From NCBI GenBank assembly GCA_965227645.1, contig OZ245773.1, forward strand, positions 5,041,242 to 5,105,241: a stretch of 64,000 bases of DNA, given 5' to 3'. The notes below the pieces were generated by a model. The model did not search any database and was not told the DNA's origin. It saw only the letters and a program-made list of their open reading frames with translations. Position 1 is the first letter of the stretch; the number at the start of each line of letters is the position of its first letter. The DNA comes from Rhizobiaceae bacterium. Its GTDB lineage: Bacteria > Pseudomonadota > Alphaproteobacteria > Rhizobiales > Rhizobiaceae. Positions 15,272 to 25,977 of the stretch are shown here, piece after piece. Position numbers and translations under genes: made by a program.

Positions 15272-16213
15272 TCAGGCCTCCGCGCCTGCGAAATTGTCAG
15301 TGGAGCCCGCCATCAGATGGATGAACACCTCCTCCAGACCGGCCGGCTGCTCCGTCCATTGCCAGGCGGAGTTTTCAAGAAGGGGCTCCACGGCTCTGCG
15401 CAGCGCCTCGCGGTCGGTGCCGGAGACATGCAGCGCGGAGCCGAAGCGGGCGACCTGCTCCACTCCGTCCAGTCCTTTGAGGGTCTGTTCGAGTTCGGCG
15501 AGATCCGGACCCTCGACGCGCCAGGTATGCAGCCCGACCATGTCCGGAATGGCTGTGGCCGGCCCGTCGATGAGCTTCCGTCCATAGGCGATATAGGCGA
15601 TGTTGTGACACTGGATCGCCTCGTCCATGTAGTGGGTGGAGACGAGGACCGTCACGCCATTGTCGGAAAGGCGGCGAATCTCGTCCCAGAAGTCCCGGCG
15701 CGCCTTCGGATCGACGCCGGCGGTCGGTTCGTCGAGCAGCAGGAGGTCTGGCTTGTGCAGCAGGCAGGCGGCGAGCGCCAGCCGTTGTTTCCAGCCGCCG
15801 GACAGCTCTCCGGCGAGCTGGTTCGACCGGTTGTGGAGGCCAAGGTCCTTCAGCGCCTCGTCGACCTTTTGGCGGCGGTTCGGGACCTTGTACATGCGCG
15901 CCATGAAATCGAGGTTCTCGCGGATCGTCAGGTCGGAATAGAGCGAGAATTTCTGCGTCATGTAGCCGACATGTTCCTTGATCATGTCCGACTGTCGAAG
16001 AATGTCGTAGCCAAGGCAGCTCCCGGACCCGGCGTCCGGCGTCAGCAAGCCGCACAGCATGCGGATCGTTGTGGTCTTGCCGCTGCCGTTCGGCCCGAGA
16101 AAGCCGTAGATCGCGCCTTTTGGCACGGAGATTGCGAAATCATCGACGACCGTCTTGTCGCCGAAACGCTTGCTGAGGCCGCTGACCTCTATGACGTTGG
16201 GCTCATTGCTCAT
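15272..16213 (-). CDS. ABC transporter ATP-binding protein
   Basis: GPNGSGKTT (Walker A), LSGGWKQRLALA (signature) and LLLLDEPTAGVD (Walker B). The true start MSNEPN at 16213 overlaps the hlyD stop, so the longer track ORF is an artefact. Confidence 0.9.
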   Translation of the reverse strand: MSNEPNVIEVSGLSKRFGDKTVVDDFAISVPKGAIYGFLGPNGSGKTTTIRMLCGLLTPDAGSGSCLGYDILRQSDMIKEHVGYMTQKFSLYSDLTIRENLDFMARMYKVPNRRQKVDEALKDLGLHNRSNQLAGELSGGWKQRLALAACLLHKPDLLLLDEPTAGVDPKARRDFWDEIRRLSDNGVTVLVSTHYMDEAIQCHNIAYIAYGRKLIDGPATAIPDMVGLHTWRVEGPDLAELEQTLKGLDGVEQVARFGSALHVSGTDREALRRAVEPLLENSAWQWTEQPAGLEEVFIHLMAGSTDNFAGAEA

Positions 16214-17159
16214 CGGCCCGCCTGACCTCGATTGGCTGGCCTGGAAGCAGTTCCGTCTGCTGGTCCGGCAGCGCTTCGGCCAGGAAGACAAGCTTGGCGC
16301 GCTCGTCGAGACTGTAAATGACGGGTGGAGTGAACTCCGCGGCAGACGACAGATAGGAAATATGCGCCTTGACAGGTTCGCCGCAGCCGTCGCAGGAGAT
16401 TTCCACCGGCATGCCGATCCTGATCGCCGCCCGCTGCGGCTCGGGAACATAAAAGCGGAAGCGTACTTCTCCGGGCGGCAGGATGGAGACGACCGGCGCG
16501 CCGGCGGATATGAATTCGCCTGGAAGATAATAGGTCTGTTCGACAAAACCCGTTGCAGGCGCTGTGACCGTGCGTTCGCCAAGGTCGATGTCGGCGCGTT
16601 CGACAGCAAGCCTCGCCTTGTCCACGGCGCTGCGGATCCTGTCGATTTCAGCCTGTCTTGCCGGCAGGCGCGCCACGTCCAGCTCCGCCATGCGTTGCGC
16701 CACGGCGGCGTCCGCCGCATCGCGTTCCGCCTTCCGTCGGTCGAGTTCGCTGGTCGCGACGACGTCGCGTTTCTCCAGTTCGCTGGCGCGCCGGTACGAG
16801 GCCTTCGCCAGTTCGAAATCAGCCTTTGCGCTGTTGAGTTGCTTTTCTATGACCGCGATTTCCTCGGGCCGCTTGCCCGTGGTTTCGTCTTCGAGGTTCT
16901 TTTGCGCCGAAACCAGCTCGGCCCTCGCCTGGGCAAGGGCGTTTTCCTGCTTGTCGCGGTCGAGATCGAAAAGCGGCGCGTCGGCAGTCACTGCGTCGCC
17001 GCGCGCGACTGCGAGCGTTTCGAGCACGCCGCTCGCCTGTGCTGCGACATACACGTACTCGCCTTCCACATAGCCGAACCATGCGGTGTTGTCCGCGGCG
17101 TCTCCGCCGGGCCAGAGGCCTGCAAGGAAGGCGACGATGCCGGCATAGATCCTGTCCAT
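16203..17159 (-). CDS. HlyD-family membrane fusion protein
   Basis: N-terminal TM helix, a coiled-coil middle and a beta-barrel C-terminus, positioned between the tetR and ABC genes. Confidence 0.85.
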   Translation of the reverse strand: MDRIYAGIVAFLAGLWPGGDAADNTAWFGYVEGEYVYVAAQASGVLETLAVARGDAVTADAPLFDLDRDKQENALAQARAELVSAQKNLEDETTGKRPEEIAVIEKQLNSAKADFELAKASYRRASELEKRDVVATSELDRRKAERDAADAAVAQRMAELDVARLPARQAEIDRIRSAVDKARLAVERADIDLGERTVTAPATGFVEQTYYLPGEFISAGAPVVSILPPGEVRFRFYVPEPQRAAIRIGMPVEISCDGCGEPVKAHISYLSSAAEFTPPVIYSLDERAKLVFLAEALPDQQTELLPGQPIEVRRADEQ

Positions 17160-17160
17160 C

Positions 17161-17802
17161 TCATGCGCCTTCCGGTTTTTTGGAGAGACCGTTCATGAGA
17201 ATGTCGAGATGGCTCTCGATAAACACTTCCATCGTTTCCTCCGACCGCCTTTCCATACCGAAAACCTGGACGAGCAGAATGTGCGCGATGAAGGGGCCAA
17301 TCACGTTTCTGACCGCCAGGCGCGGTTGGACGGCCCTGAAATACCCTTCGGCGACGCCGCGTTCGATCAGCTTTTCCATCGCCGATACGCCACGGTCGAG
17401 CACCTCGCGCCGATAGATTTCCGCAAGCTGGGGAAAAGTTCCGGATTCCTGCAGCACCAGGCGGGGGATCGCCAGGGTGTTCGGATCGGCGATATTGACG
17501 ATCACCACCGACATCATCGACCGTATGACTTCGACCGGGTCGCCCGTGGACGTTCTGGCCATCTCCGACACGCGTTCGGCGATGGGCACGATAGCGCGTC
17601 GAATCAGCGATTCCAGGATGTCTTCCTTGCTCGCGAAATATCGATAGATAGCGCCCTTCGAAAGGCCGGCCTCGCGTGCGATGTCCTCGACCTTCGTCGC
17701 GGCGAATCCGCGGCTGACGAACTGCGACAGCGCGGCGTCAAGCACCTCGTCGGGCCGATCCTCGGCGCGGCGGCGCCATTTGGGTTCGGGAACGCTTGGC
17801 AA
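17161..17802 (-). CDS. TetR/AcrR family transcriptional regulator
   Basis: FVSRGFAATKVEDIAREAGLSKGAIYRYFASKEDI. TTG start with GGAG 7 nt upstream. Confidence 0.85.
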   Translation of the reverse strand: MPSVPEPKWRRRAEDRPDEVLDAALSQFVSRGFAATKVEDIAREAGLSKGAIYRYFASKEDILESLIRRAIVPIAERVSEMARTSTGDPVEVIRSMMSVVIVNIADPNTLAIPRLVLQESGTFPQLAEIYRREVLDRGVSAMEKLIERGVAEGYFRAVQPRLAVRNVIGPFIAHILLVQVFGMERRSEETMEVFIESHLDILMNGLSKKPEGA

Positions 17803-17813
17803 GAACTACTCCA

Positions 17814-17841
17814 TTAAGTAAATGACCAGTCATTTACTTAA
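17814..17841. promoter_or_regulatory. Perfect 13-bp-arm inverted repeat, probable TetR operator
   Basis: TTAAGTAAATGAC-ca-GTCATTTACTTAA lies immediately upstream of the tetR-hlyD-ABC operon. Confidence 0.65.
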
Positions 17842-17908
17842 TGTTGGTTACGACGAGAGTCAATGCCGGCCCACGGGCCCGGTCAGGGGAAAGACTTCTG
17901 GAATGGCG

Positions 17909-19135
17909 TCAGATGGGCTGGCCGCGCAGAAGGCGCGGTCCGTCACGTCCCGGCAGGCCGGAAGCTTGGCGGATGAACATCGACTTCAGACCCGGCATGC
18001 GGTCGACCAGCCCGAGGCCGAGATCGCGAATCGCCCTGACGGGAGCGTGGTCGTTGGAAAACAGCCGGTTCAGCACGTCGCTGGTCACGCCCATGCGGAA
18101 CGTGTCGAAGCGTCGCCATTGCTGATAGCGCTCAAGCACGGCGAGGGACCCGATCTCCAGACCCAGACGATCCGCCTCGACGACAGTCTCTGCGAGCGCG
18201 GCGATATCGCGGAAACCCAGGTTCAGGCCCTGTCCCGCGATCGGATGGATGCCGTGGGCGGCGTCGCCGCACAGCGCAAATTGGGGCCGCACGAATTCGC
18301 GCGCGAGCGTCAGGCCAAGCGGATAGGCGCGCCGATCCCCGACGACTTCGATCGCGCCGAGCTTGTGGCCGAAACGCTGCTCGAGTTCGGTTTCGAACAC
18401 GAGTTCGTCCGCCTTGAGAAGTTTTTCCGCTTCCCGTGTGCGTTCGGTCCAAACCAGCGACGACCGGTTGTCCCTGAGCGGCAGGATGGCGAAAGGCCCC
18501 GCCGGCAGGAAATGCTCTTCCGCCCGGCCCCCGTGCGGTCGTTCATGGGCGACCGTCGTCACGATGCCCGACTGGCCGTAATCGAAATGCACGGTCTTGA
18601 TGCCCGCCTTGTCGCGCAGACCCGACCGAACGCCGTCCGCGGCCACAAGCAGTCTTGCGCGTCGTTTCGCCCCGCTACCGAGCGTGATGTCCACGTGCGA
18701 TCCATTGCGGCTAAAATCCTCGACTGTCTCCCCCTGCAATATCTCGACGCCAAGGTCCTGCGCACGCTGACGCAGCGCTCCGACAAGCGACTTGTTCGGA
18801 ACCATGTGGGCGAAAGGCTCTCCGGGCTCGACGTCGCCGCCGAAGGTGAGGAAGACCGGCCTTACCGGGTCGCTGGCGCGTGAATCGGTCACCACCATGT
18901 CGTTGATCGGCTGCGCGTCGGGAAGAATGGCGTCCCAGATCTGCAGCCGGTCCAGCATGCGGCTCGCGCCGGCGGCGATCGCCGAAGCCCGCTGATCCTT
19001 CATCCACACGCCTTCAGGCGCTGCGTCGACGAGCGCAATGGCCAGATGTGGCGCCGCGTCCTTGATGGCGACAGCCGCGCCGAGGCCCACATAACCGCCC
19101 CCGCCAATGAGAATGTCCAGTGTCGCGTCGGCCAT
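17909..19135 (-). CDS. UbiH/UbiF/VisC/COQ6-family FAD-dependent ubiquinone hydroxylase
   Basis: DILIGGGGYVGLGAAVAI (FAD GxGxxG), GDAAHGIHPIAGQGLNLG. Start chosen at MADATLD (19135). Confidence 0.85.
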   Translation of the reverse strand: MADATLDILIGGGGYVGLGAAVAIKDAAPHLAIALVDAAPEGVWMKDQRASAIAAGASRMLDRLQIWDAILPDAQPINDMVVTDSRASDPVRPVFLTFGGDVEPGEPFAHMVPNKSLVGALRQRAQDLGVEILQGETVEDFSRNGSHVDITLGSGAKRRARLLVAADGVRSGLRDKAGIKTVHFDYGQSGIVTTVAHERPHGGRAEEHFLPAGPFAILPLRDNRSSLVWTERTREAEKLLKADELVFETELEQRFGHKLGAIEVVGDRRAYPLGLTLAREFVRPQFALCGDAAHGIHPIAGQGLNLGFRDIAALAETVVEADRLGLEIGSLAVLERYQQWRRFDTFRMGVTSDVLNRLFSNDHAPVRAIRDLGLGLVDRMPGLKSMFIRQASGLPGRDGPRLLRGQPI

Positions 19136-19299
19136 TGTCTCGTATCCCGAATATCCGTCTTCCGATTGCGGGATCGCCGCCATCATGCGATATGCGACCC
19201 CTCGTGTCCCCATCATATAGGGGATGCGCAGGAATACGGAAACAGGCAGACTGTCGCGCGCGGATCCCTTCTGCAGTCGACACACCGGAAAGAAACATC

Positions 19300-20172
19300 A
19301 TGCCCCAGGCAATGGACGCGCTTCTCGACCTTCTCGATATCGAGCGCATAGAGCACAATCTTTATCGCGGCGTCAGTCCGAAGGATGAATGGCAGCGCGT
19401 CTTCGGGGGCCAGGTCATCGCCCAGGCGCTGGTCGCGGCGCAGCGCACCGTCGAGGAAGACCGCTTCGTCCATTCTCTGCACGCCTATTTCATGCTGCCC
19501 GGCGATCCGTCGGTGCCGATCGTCTACAATGTCGACAGGATCCGCGATGGATCGAGCTTCACGACCCGCCGGGTCGTCGCCATTCAGCATGGCGAAGCGA
19601 TCTTTTCCCTGTCGGCCTCGTTCCAGATCGACGAGCCCGGGTTCGATCATCAGATCGACATGCCTGATGTGCCGACCCCGGAAGATCTGGTCAGCCTCGA
19701 TGAACTGAAGCAGAAGTTTCTGCACGCCGCTCCGGAGAATGTCCGCCGCTATTGGGAAAGGGAGCGGCCGATCGAAATGTGCCCCCTGTCGCTGACGCAT
19801 TACGTGTCGGACAAGAAGCTCGATCCGCTGCAGAATATCTGGGTCCGCACCACCGGCGCGGTTCCCGACGATCGCCGTATCAAGGCGGCTGTGCTCGCCT
19901 ATCTCTCGGACATGACGCTGCTCGACACCTCCCTGTTCGCGCATGGCGTTTCAATCTTCAGCAATCGAATCCAGGCTGCGAGCCTGGATCACGCGATGTG
20001 GTTCCACCGCGACTGCATGCTCGACGACTGGCTGCTCTATGCGCAGGACAGTCCCAACGCTATCGGCGCGCGCGGCCTCACACGAGGCGGTCTCTACAGC
20101 CGGGACGGTCGTCTGATCGCATCGGTTGCACAAGAAGGTTTGATTCGACAGCGCCAGCCACGTCAGTCTTAA
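19300..20172 (+). CDS. tesB: Acyl-CoA thioesterase II
   Basis: LLDLLDIERIEHNLYRG...VFGGQVIAQAL...HSLHAYFMLPGD...YNVDRIRDGSSFTTRRV. Double hotdog fold, TesB pattern. Confidence 0.88.
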   Translation: MPQAMDALLDLLDIERIEHNLYRGVSPKDEWQRVFGGQVIAQALVAAQRTVEEDRFVHSLHAYFMLPGDPSVPIVYNVDRIRDGSSFTTRRVVAIQHGEAIFSLSASFQIDEPGFDHQIDMPDVPTPEDLVSLDELKQKFLHAAPENVRRYWERERPIEMCPLSLTHYVSDKKLDPLQNIWVRTTGAVPDDRRIKAAVLAYLSDMTLLDTSLFAHGVSIFSNRIQAASLDHAMWFHRDCMLDDWLLYAQDSPNAIGARGLTRGGLYSRDGRLIASVAQEGLIRQRQPRQS

Positions 20173-20198
20173 GAGTTCCGCAATAATTGCCTAATTTT

Positions 20199-20215
20199 TG
20201 TGCATATGCTGCACA
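20199..20215. promoter_or_regulatory. 17-bp inverted repeat, possible NtrC-type enhancer site
   Basis: TGTGCA-tatgc-TGCACA lies about 90 bp upstream of the sigma54-like element and upstream of glnK-amtB. Confidence 0.35.
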
Positions 20216-20290
20216 AGAGTTCAGCGCGCCCATTGGGTGAGTGTGGAATCACATAATTATTACAATCTATTAGGTTTGCCGATTCCGAAT

Positions 20291-20305
20291 TGGCACAATC
20301 CTTGA
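20291..20305 (+). promoter_or_regulatory. Sigma54-like -24/-12 element
   Basis: TGGCAC-N5-TTGA (consensus TGGCAC-N5-TTGC). It is about 180 nt upstream of the glnK ATG, so only tentative. Confidence 0.35.
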
Positions 20306-20455
20306 ATCGTCCTGTGCATGACAATGATCGCCAGCAAGGCGGTCGTCGTCAGATTGCACCCGCAATCCTGTTGCGCCAAGCGGGATCGAGAGTGCGAAAT
20401 GGGTACCGGGATCGGTTGCCGCCCAGGCTGCGGCTGGAAACCGGACAATTCGTGA

Positions 20456-20821
<366 letters not shown>

Positions 20822-20840
20822 GTTGACAGGAGAAAAACAC

Positions 20841-22202
20841 ATGAAAATCAAAACCCTCTTGCAGCCTGGCTCAGCGCTGCTGATGCTCGGCGCAATGGCG
20901 CTTCCGGCATTGGCGCAGGATACCGCCGCTGCTCCCGAGGTTGCCGTCGTGGCGACCGAGGTTCCGGTCCATACCGTCTATATTCTCAACACATTGCTGT
21001 TTGTCGTTTCCGGCTTCCTGGTGATGTGGATGGCGGCTGGCTTTTCCATGCTCGAGGCCGGTCTCGTCCGCTCGAAGAACGTTTCCATGCAGCTCACCAA
21101 GAACGTCGCGCTGTTTTCGATCGCGGCGATCATGTACTACCTGATCGGCTATATGCTGATGTATCCGGGCGACGGCTGGACGATCCCCGGCATTCTCGGC
21201 GCATTTGGCGTTGCGACGCTGGAGCCTGTTGGCGTAACGCCCGACGCGGCCGATGCTCTGGATTACGCAAGCACCGGATCGGACTTCTTCTTCCAGCTGA
21301 TGTTCTGCGCGACCACGGCGTCCATCGTGTCCGGCACGCTTGCCGAACGTATGAAGCTCTGGCCGTTCCTGATCTTCACCATTGTCCTGACGGGTATCCT
21401 TTATCCGATCCAGGCGTCCTGGAAGTGGGGCGGCGGTTTCCTTGACACCGATTTCGGTTTCCTGGATTTCGCTGGTTCGACGGTTGTGCATTCGGTCGGT
21501 GGCTGGGCTGCATTGACCGGCGCCCTGATCCTAGGCGCGCGCAAGGGCAAATATGTTGACGGCCAGGTTCATCCGATGCCGGGCTCCAACATGCCGCTCG
21601 CAACGCTCGGAACGTTCATCCTGTGGCTTGGCTGGTTCGGCTTCAATGGCGGCTCCCAGCTCGCCATGGGCTCGGTCGGCGACGCTGCAGACGTTTCGCG
21701 CATCTTCGCGAACACCAACACGGCGGCGGCCGGCGGCGCCATTGCGGCGCTGATCCTGACCCAGATCCTCTACAAGAAGGTCGATATCACGATGGTGCTC
21801 AACGGCGCTCTTGCAGGTCTCGTTTCGATCACTGCTGAGCCGCTGACACCGAGCCTTGGCGTGGCCACCATCATCGGCGCCATCGGCGGCGTTATAGTGG
21901 TCTTCGCCGTGCCGCTGCTCGACAAGCTGAAGATCGACGACGTCGTCGGCGCCATCCCGGTTCACCTGCTTGCAGGCATCTGGGGCACCTTTGCGGTCGT
22001 CTTCACCAATGAAGACGCAACCGTTTACGGTCAGGTCGCTTCGATCGTTATCGTCGCTGTCTTCATGATCGTCACCTCCGGCGTCGTCTGGCTCATCCTG
22101 AACGGAATCATGGGTCTGCGCGTCAGCGAGGAAGAGGAGATGGACGGTCTCGACAAGGGCGAGATCGGCGTCGAAGCCTATCCGGAATTCACCAAGATCT
22201 GA
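20841..22202 (+). CDS. amtB: Ammonium transporter
   Basis: ATG 20841 follows AGGAGA. Signal peptide followed by DFAGSTVVHSVGGWAAL and WFGFNGGS Amt motifs. Confidence 0.93.
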   Translation: MKIKTLLQPGSALLMLGAMALPALAQDTAAAPEVAVVATEVPVHTVYILNTLLFVVSGFLVMWMAAGFSMLEAGLVRSKNVSMQLTKNVALFSIAAIMYYLIGYMLMYPGDGWTIPGILGAFGVATLEPVGVTPDAADALDYASTGSDFFFQLMFCATTASIVSGTLAERMKLWPFLIFTIVLTGILYPIQASWKWGGGFLDTDFGFLDFAGSTVVHSVGGWAALTGALILGARKGKYVDGQVHPMPGSNMPLATLGTFILWLGWFGFNGGSQLAMGSVGDAADVSRIFANTNTAAAGGAIAALILTQILYKKVDITMVLNGALAGLVSITAEPLTPSLGVATIIGAIGGVIVVFAVPLLDKLKIDDVVGAIPVHLLAGIWGTFAVVFTNEDATVYGQVASIVIVAVFMIVTSGVVWLILNGIMGLRVSEEEEMDGLDKGEIGVEAYPEFTKI

Positions 22203-22228
22203 TTTCCGGATCACATTCAGAAAACAAC

Positions 22229-22260
22229 GATCGGGGCTCTTCGGGGCCCCGATTTCTTTT
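22229..22260 (+). terminator. Rho-independent terminator after amtB
   Basis: GATCGGGGC...GCCCCGAT stem followed by TTTCTTTT. Confidence 0.7.
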
Positions 22261-22409
22261 GATGAAGCCATCCGACATTTAATCAGGCCGTGCGCGTGTT
22301 CGAAACGTGGCATGGTTAATGCCGCATTAACTCACCGGCGCTAGACTTGCTCTCAATGACGGCCGCCTGCGCGCGGTCGCGCTCCGTTTGATGTCGAGTT
22401 CAGAGACAA

Positions 22410-25058
22410 GTGATGCAGACCAGCAATCCGATCGTTCTAGGTGGCCAACTCGTTTCAGGTTTCCGGGTGCCCGAGCTCCTGCGCCGACCGATGCGCATGC
22501 TCGCCGGCGCCCTGGTCGCCTGCCTGCTGGCGCTCGCCGTTGCGGCGCTCGCCACCTGGAATGTCTCCGATCCGAGTCTCAGTTACGCGACCGGAAAGGC
22601 GCCAACCAATATCCTCGGATATCCGGGCGCGGTCTTTGCCGACCTGATGATGCAGTTTCTCGGACTGACGGCGATCGTCTCGCTGTTGCCGCTTGTCATG
22701 TGGAGCCTCTATTTTGTCCGCAACTGGTCTATCGATCGCATACCGCAGCGGCTTCTCGCCTGGTTCTGCGGGTCGCTTCTGGCGGCGGGTTTCTTCGCCT
22801 GTATGCCGTCGCCCGGCGGCTGGCCTCTACCGACAGGGCTCGGCGGCGTGTTCGGCGATATGGTTCTCAACCTGCCCGCATTCTTCCTTGGCGACTATCC
22901 ATCCGGCATTCTCGCCGCCGTCTTGGCGGTCGCCCTGTTCTTCCCGGCGATCTGGCTTCTGCTCTATGGCGCATTGCTGGTCTCGCGGCCGCTTGCGGTC
23001 GACAGGCCTCGCCCGGCGCGTCGTGACGCGGACGTCGATGAGCGCGATGAAGAAGACGAGGATGACGGCGGTTCGGCATTGTTCCGCGCTGCCTCTCACA
23101 TCCTCGGCGGATCCACGCATCTCTTCCTGCTTTTGAGGGCTCAATACCGCCGCATCAGCGGTCGCGCGGCCGAACCATGGAACAGCAACCCCGACGCGCC
23201 CTACGATTTCAACGAGGATGATTTCATCCGACTCAATAATGACGAGCGGATCGAGCCGGAATTCTCCATGTTCGACGACGAGTCATCTATCGACGATGCG
23301 CCGGCGCCGGCCCGCTCGGATCAGTGGCGGGCAGCGAACGATCCGGGCCAGCCCGGCGGCAGGGCGCGCCGCGAGCGCCCGGAGCACAGTGACGAGGACT
23401 ATGATCCGGTGTCTGACTGGGCTCCACAGACCGCCCCTGCCCGCAAGGCGTCGGAAGGGCCGTCCCTGGTTTCGCAAATGAAGCGTCCGAAGCAGGGAAG
23501 CCGCGTTAACAAGGAGGCGCAGGCGTCGCTCATCAAGTCCGGCGGTTTCCAGTTGCCGCCGCTGCACCTGCTCGCCGAGCCGAAAAGCGTCGCCAAGGAT
23601 CCGAGCCTGTCTCAGGACGCGCTTGAGCAGAACGCCCGCATGCTCGAAGGCGTGCTGGAGGATTTCGGCGTGCGCGGAGAAATCATCCAGGTCCGGCCGG
23701 GTCCGGTCGTGACACTTTACGAACTGGAGCCCGCGCCGGGCATCAAGTCGTCGCGCGTCATCGGCCTCGCCGACGATATTGCGCGGTCCATGAGCGCCAT
23801 TGCGGCGCGCGTCGCGGTGGTCCCGGGACGCAATGCGATCGGCATCGAGTTGCCGAACCAGGGCCGTGAAACGGTGTACCTCCAGGAACTTCTGTCGAGC
23901 CGCGATTTCGAGAATTCGAAGGCCAAGCTGGCGCTGTCGCTCGGCAAGACGATCGGCGGCGAGGGCGTGATCGCCGATCTCGCGAAGATGCCGCACCTGC
24001 TTGTCGCCGGCACCACCGGTTCCGGTAAATCGGTCGCCATCAACACGATGATCCTGTCGATCGTCTACCGGCTGCCGCCGGAGAAATGCCGACTGATCAT
24101 GATCGATCCGAAAATGCTGGAGCTTTCCGTCTATGACGGCATTCCGCATCTCCTGACGCCGGTCGTCACCGATCCCAAGAAAGCGGTCGTCGCGCTGAAA
24201 TGGACCGTGCGGGAGATGGAAGACCGCTACAAGAAGATGTCCAAGATCGGCGTGCGCAACATTGACGGGTTCAACAACCGCGTCGAACAGGCGCTGAAGA
24301 AGGGCGAGGCCATTACCCGGACGGTGCAGACCGGGTTCGATCGCGAGACGGGCGAGGCCGTCTACGAGACGGAAGAGTTCGAACTTTCGCCGATGCCCTA
24401 TATCGTCGTCATCATAGACGAGATGGCCGACCTGATGATGGTCGCCGGCAAGGATATCGAGGGCGCCGTGCAGCGTCTGGCGCAGATGGCGCGCGCCGCG
24501 GGCATTCACGTGATCATGGCGACGCAAAGGCCGTCGGTCGACGTCATCACCGGCACGATCAAGGCGAACTTCCCGACGCGCATCTCCTTCCAGGTCACGT
24601 CGAAGATCGATTCGCGCACCATTCTCGGTGAAATGGGCGCCGAACAGCTCCTGGGCATGGGCGACATGCTCTATATGGCCGGCGGTGGTCGCATCCAGCG
24701 CGTGCACGGCCCCTTCGTCTCGGACAACGAGGTGGAGGACATCGTCGGCTTCCTGAAATCCCAGGGCGTGCCGGAATATCTCGACGCGATCACCGAAGAC
24801 GACGACGAGGACGGCGGCGAGGGCGGCTCCGGCGGCGTCGGCAATATGGAAGACTCGGATGACCCCTACGATCAGGCGGTCGCCGTGGTGCTGCGCGACG
24901 GCAAGGCGTCCACCTCCTATATCCAGCGCCGTCTGGGCATTGGCTACAATCGCGCGGCGTCGCTGATCGAGCGGATGGAGGACGAGGGCGTGATCGGCCC
25001 CGCCAATCACGCCGGCAAGCGCGAAATCCTCGTGCCGACGGAAGAAGATAAAATGTAG
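22410..25058 (+). CDS. ftsK: DNA translocase FtsK
   Basis: N-terminal TM helices, an acidic/Pro-rich linker, [11 protein letters not shown] Walker A, and a C-terminal gamma domain [35 protein letters not shown]. The start is GTG 22410 or ATG 22413. Confidence 0.93.
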   Translation: MMQTSNPIVLGGQLVSGFRVPELLRRPMRMLAGALVACLLALAVAALATWNVSDPSLSYATGKAPTNILGYPGAVFADLMMQFLGLTAIVSLLPLVMWSLYFVRNWSIDRIPQRLLAWFCGSLLAAGFFACMPSPGGWPLPTGLGGVFGDMVLNLPAFFLGDYPSGILAAVLAVALFFPAIWLLLYGALLVSRPLAVDRPRPARRDADVDERDEEDEDDGGSALFRAASHILGGSTHLFLLLRAQYRRISGRAAEPWNSNPDAPYDFNEDDFIRLNNDERIEPEFSMFDDESSIDDAPAPARSDQWRAANDPGQPGGRARRERPEHSDEDYDPVSDWAPQTAPARKASEGPSLVSQMKRPKQGSRVNKEAQASLIKSGGFQLPPLHLLAEPKSVAKDPSLSQDALEQNARMLEGVLEDFGVRGEIIQVRPGPVVTLYELEPAPGIKSSRVIGLADDIARSMSAIAARVAVVPGRNAIGIELPNQGRETVYLQELLSSRDFENSKAKLALSLGKTIGGEGVIADLAKMPHLLVAGTTGSGKSVAINTMILSIVYRLPPEKCRLIMIDPKMLELSVYDGIPHLLTPVVTDPKKAVVALKWTVREMEDRYKKMSKIGVRNIDGFNNRVEQALKKGEAITRTVQTGFDRETGEAVYETEEFELSPMPYIVVIIDEMADLMMVAGKDIEGAVQRLAQMARAAGIHVIMATQRPSVDVITGTIKANFPTRISFQVTSKIDSRTILGEMGAEQLLGMGDMLYMAGGGRIQRVHGPFVSDNEVEDIVGFLKSQGVPEYLDAITEDDDEDGGEGGSGGVGNMEDSDDPYDQAVAVVLRDGKASTSYIQRRLGIGYNRAASLIERMEDEGVIGPANHAGKREILVPTEEDKM

Positions 25059-25150
25059 GACGCCGGTGTTTCGGCGCCCGTTCCCGACTATATAGATGGA
25101 CAGTCACGCGTCACACTCACGCCGCACTTCCTGTCCACACGGATCTGCGG

Positions 25151-25822
25151 ATGATCCGGCAACGAACCAAACGGATGGATGACATGGTGAAAACCAAACG
25201 CCGATTTGCAACGACCCTGAAGATGGCGGCGGCCGCCGGCGTCGTGGCCATCGGCAGCCTCGCGGCCAGCGTCGCCGCGGCGTCCGACGATATCGCCCGC
25301 AGCATCGCCGACCATTTCTCCAGCGTGAAGACAATGACCGGGGAGTTCGTCCAGTTCGGCCCCAAGGGCCAGCAGATTGGCGGAAAGTTCTTTATCGAGC
25401 GTCCGGGCAAACTGCGCTTCAATTATGAAAACCCTTCGCCGGTCCGGGTGATTTCCGACGGCAAGTCGGTGGTCATCGGCAATCGCGAACTCAAGACTTG
25501 GGATATCTATCCGCTGTCGAAGACCCCGCTCAAGCTGCTGCTCGGCGAACGAATCGATCTCGGCGGCGCCATGGTCAAGTCCGTCAATGTCGACACGGAC
25601 CTGACGACGGTTGTTCTCGGCGACCGTTCGATTTTCGGCAATTCGACGATCACGATGATGTTCGACACGGAAACCTACGACCTGCGCCAGTGGACCATTA
25701 CGGATGCCCAGGGCAAGGACACGACCGTCATGATCTTCGAAGTCCAGACCGGTGTGCAATTCGCCGACAGCGTTTTCGAAGTGCCTTACAACGAGGTCTA
25801 CGCCTCGCGCGGCGACCGCTGA
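25151..25822 (+). CDS. lolA: Outer-membrane lipoprotein carrier protein LolA-like
   Basis: Signal peptide, then FSSVKTMTGEFVQ...FFIERPGKLRFNYENP. Conserved position after ftsK. The start is uncertain, with several in-frame ATGs between 25151 and 25223. Confidence 0.8.
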   Translation: MIRQRTKRMDDMVKTKRRFATTLKMAAAAGVVAIGSLAASVAAASDDIARSIADHFSSVKTMTGEFVQFGPKGQQIGGKFFIERPGKLRFNYENPSPVRVISDGKSVVIGNRELKTWDIYPLSKTPLKLLLGERIDLGGAMVKSVNVDTDLTTVVLGDRSIFGNSTITMMFDTETYDLRQWTITDAQGKDTTVMIFEVQTGVQFADSVFEVPYNEVYASRGDR

Positions 25823-25977
25823 GCGCCTTAGCGGCGCCATTTGGCGACGGTCGGTGAATATCCTTTAGAGAGCCGCCGAATCGCCGGCCGCCGGGGTGGC
25901 CCATCCGGTTTCTTTGTGGCATGTGCTTGGCCTGAAAAGGCCGACCTGCGGCCGATGCACGACAAGAGATCCGCCGC

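Noticed and set aside
15272-16720. 482-aa version of the ABC ATPase ORF with a 168-aa N-terminal extension
   Set aside because: The extension overlaps the hlyD coding frame and is Arg/Ser/Pro-rich. A canonical MSNEPNVIEV start at 16213 overlaps the hlyD stop, as expected in an operon.
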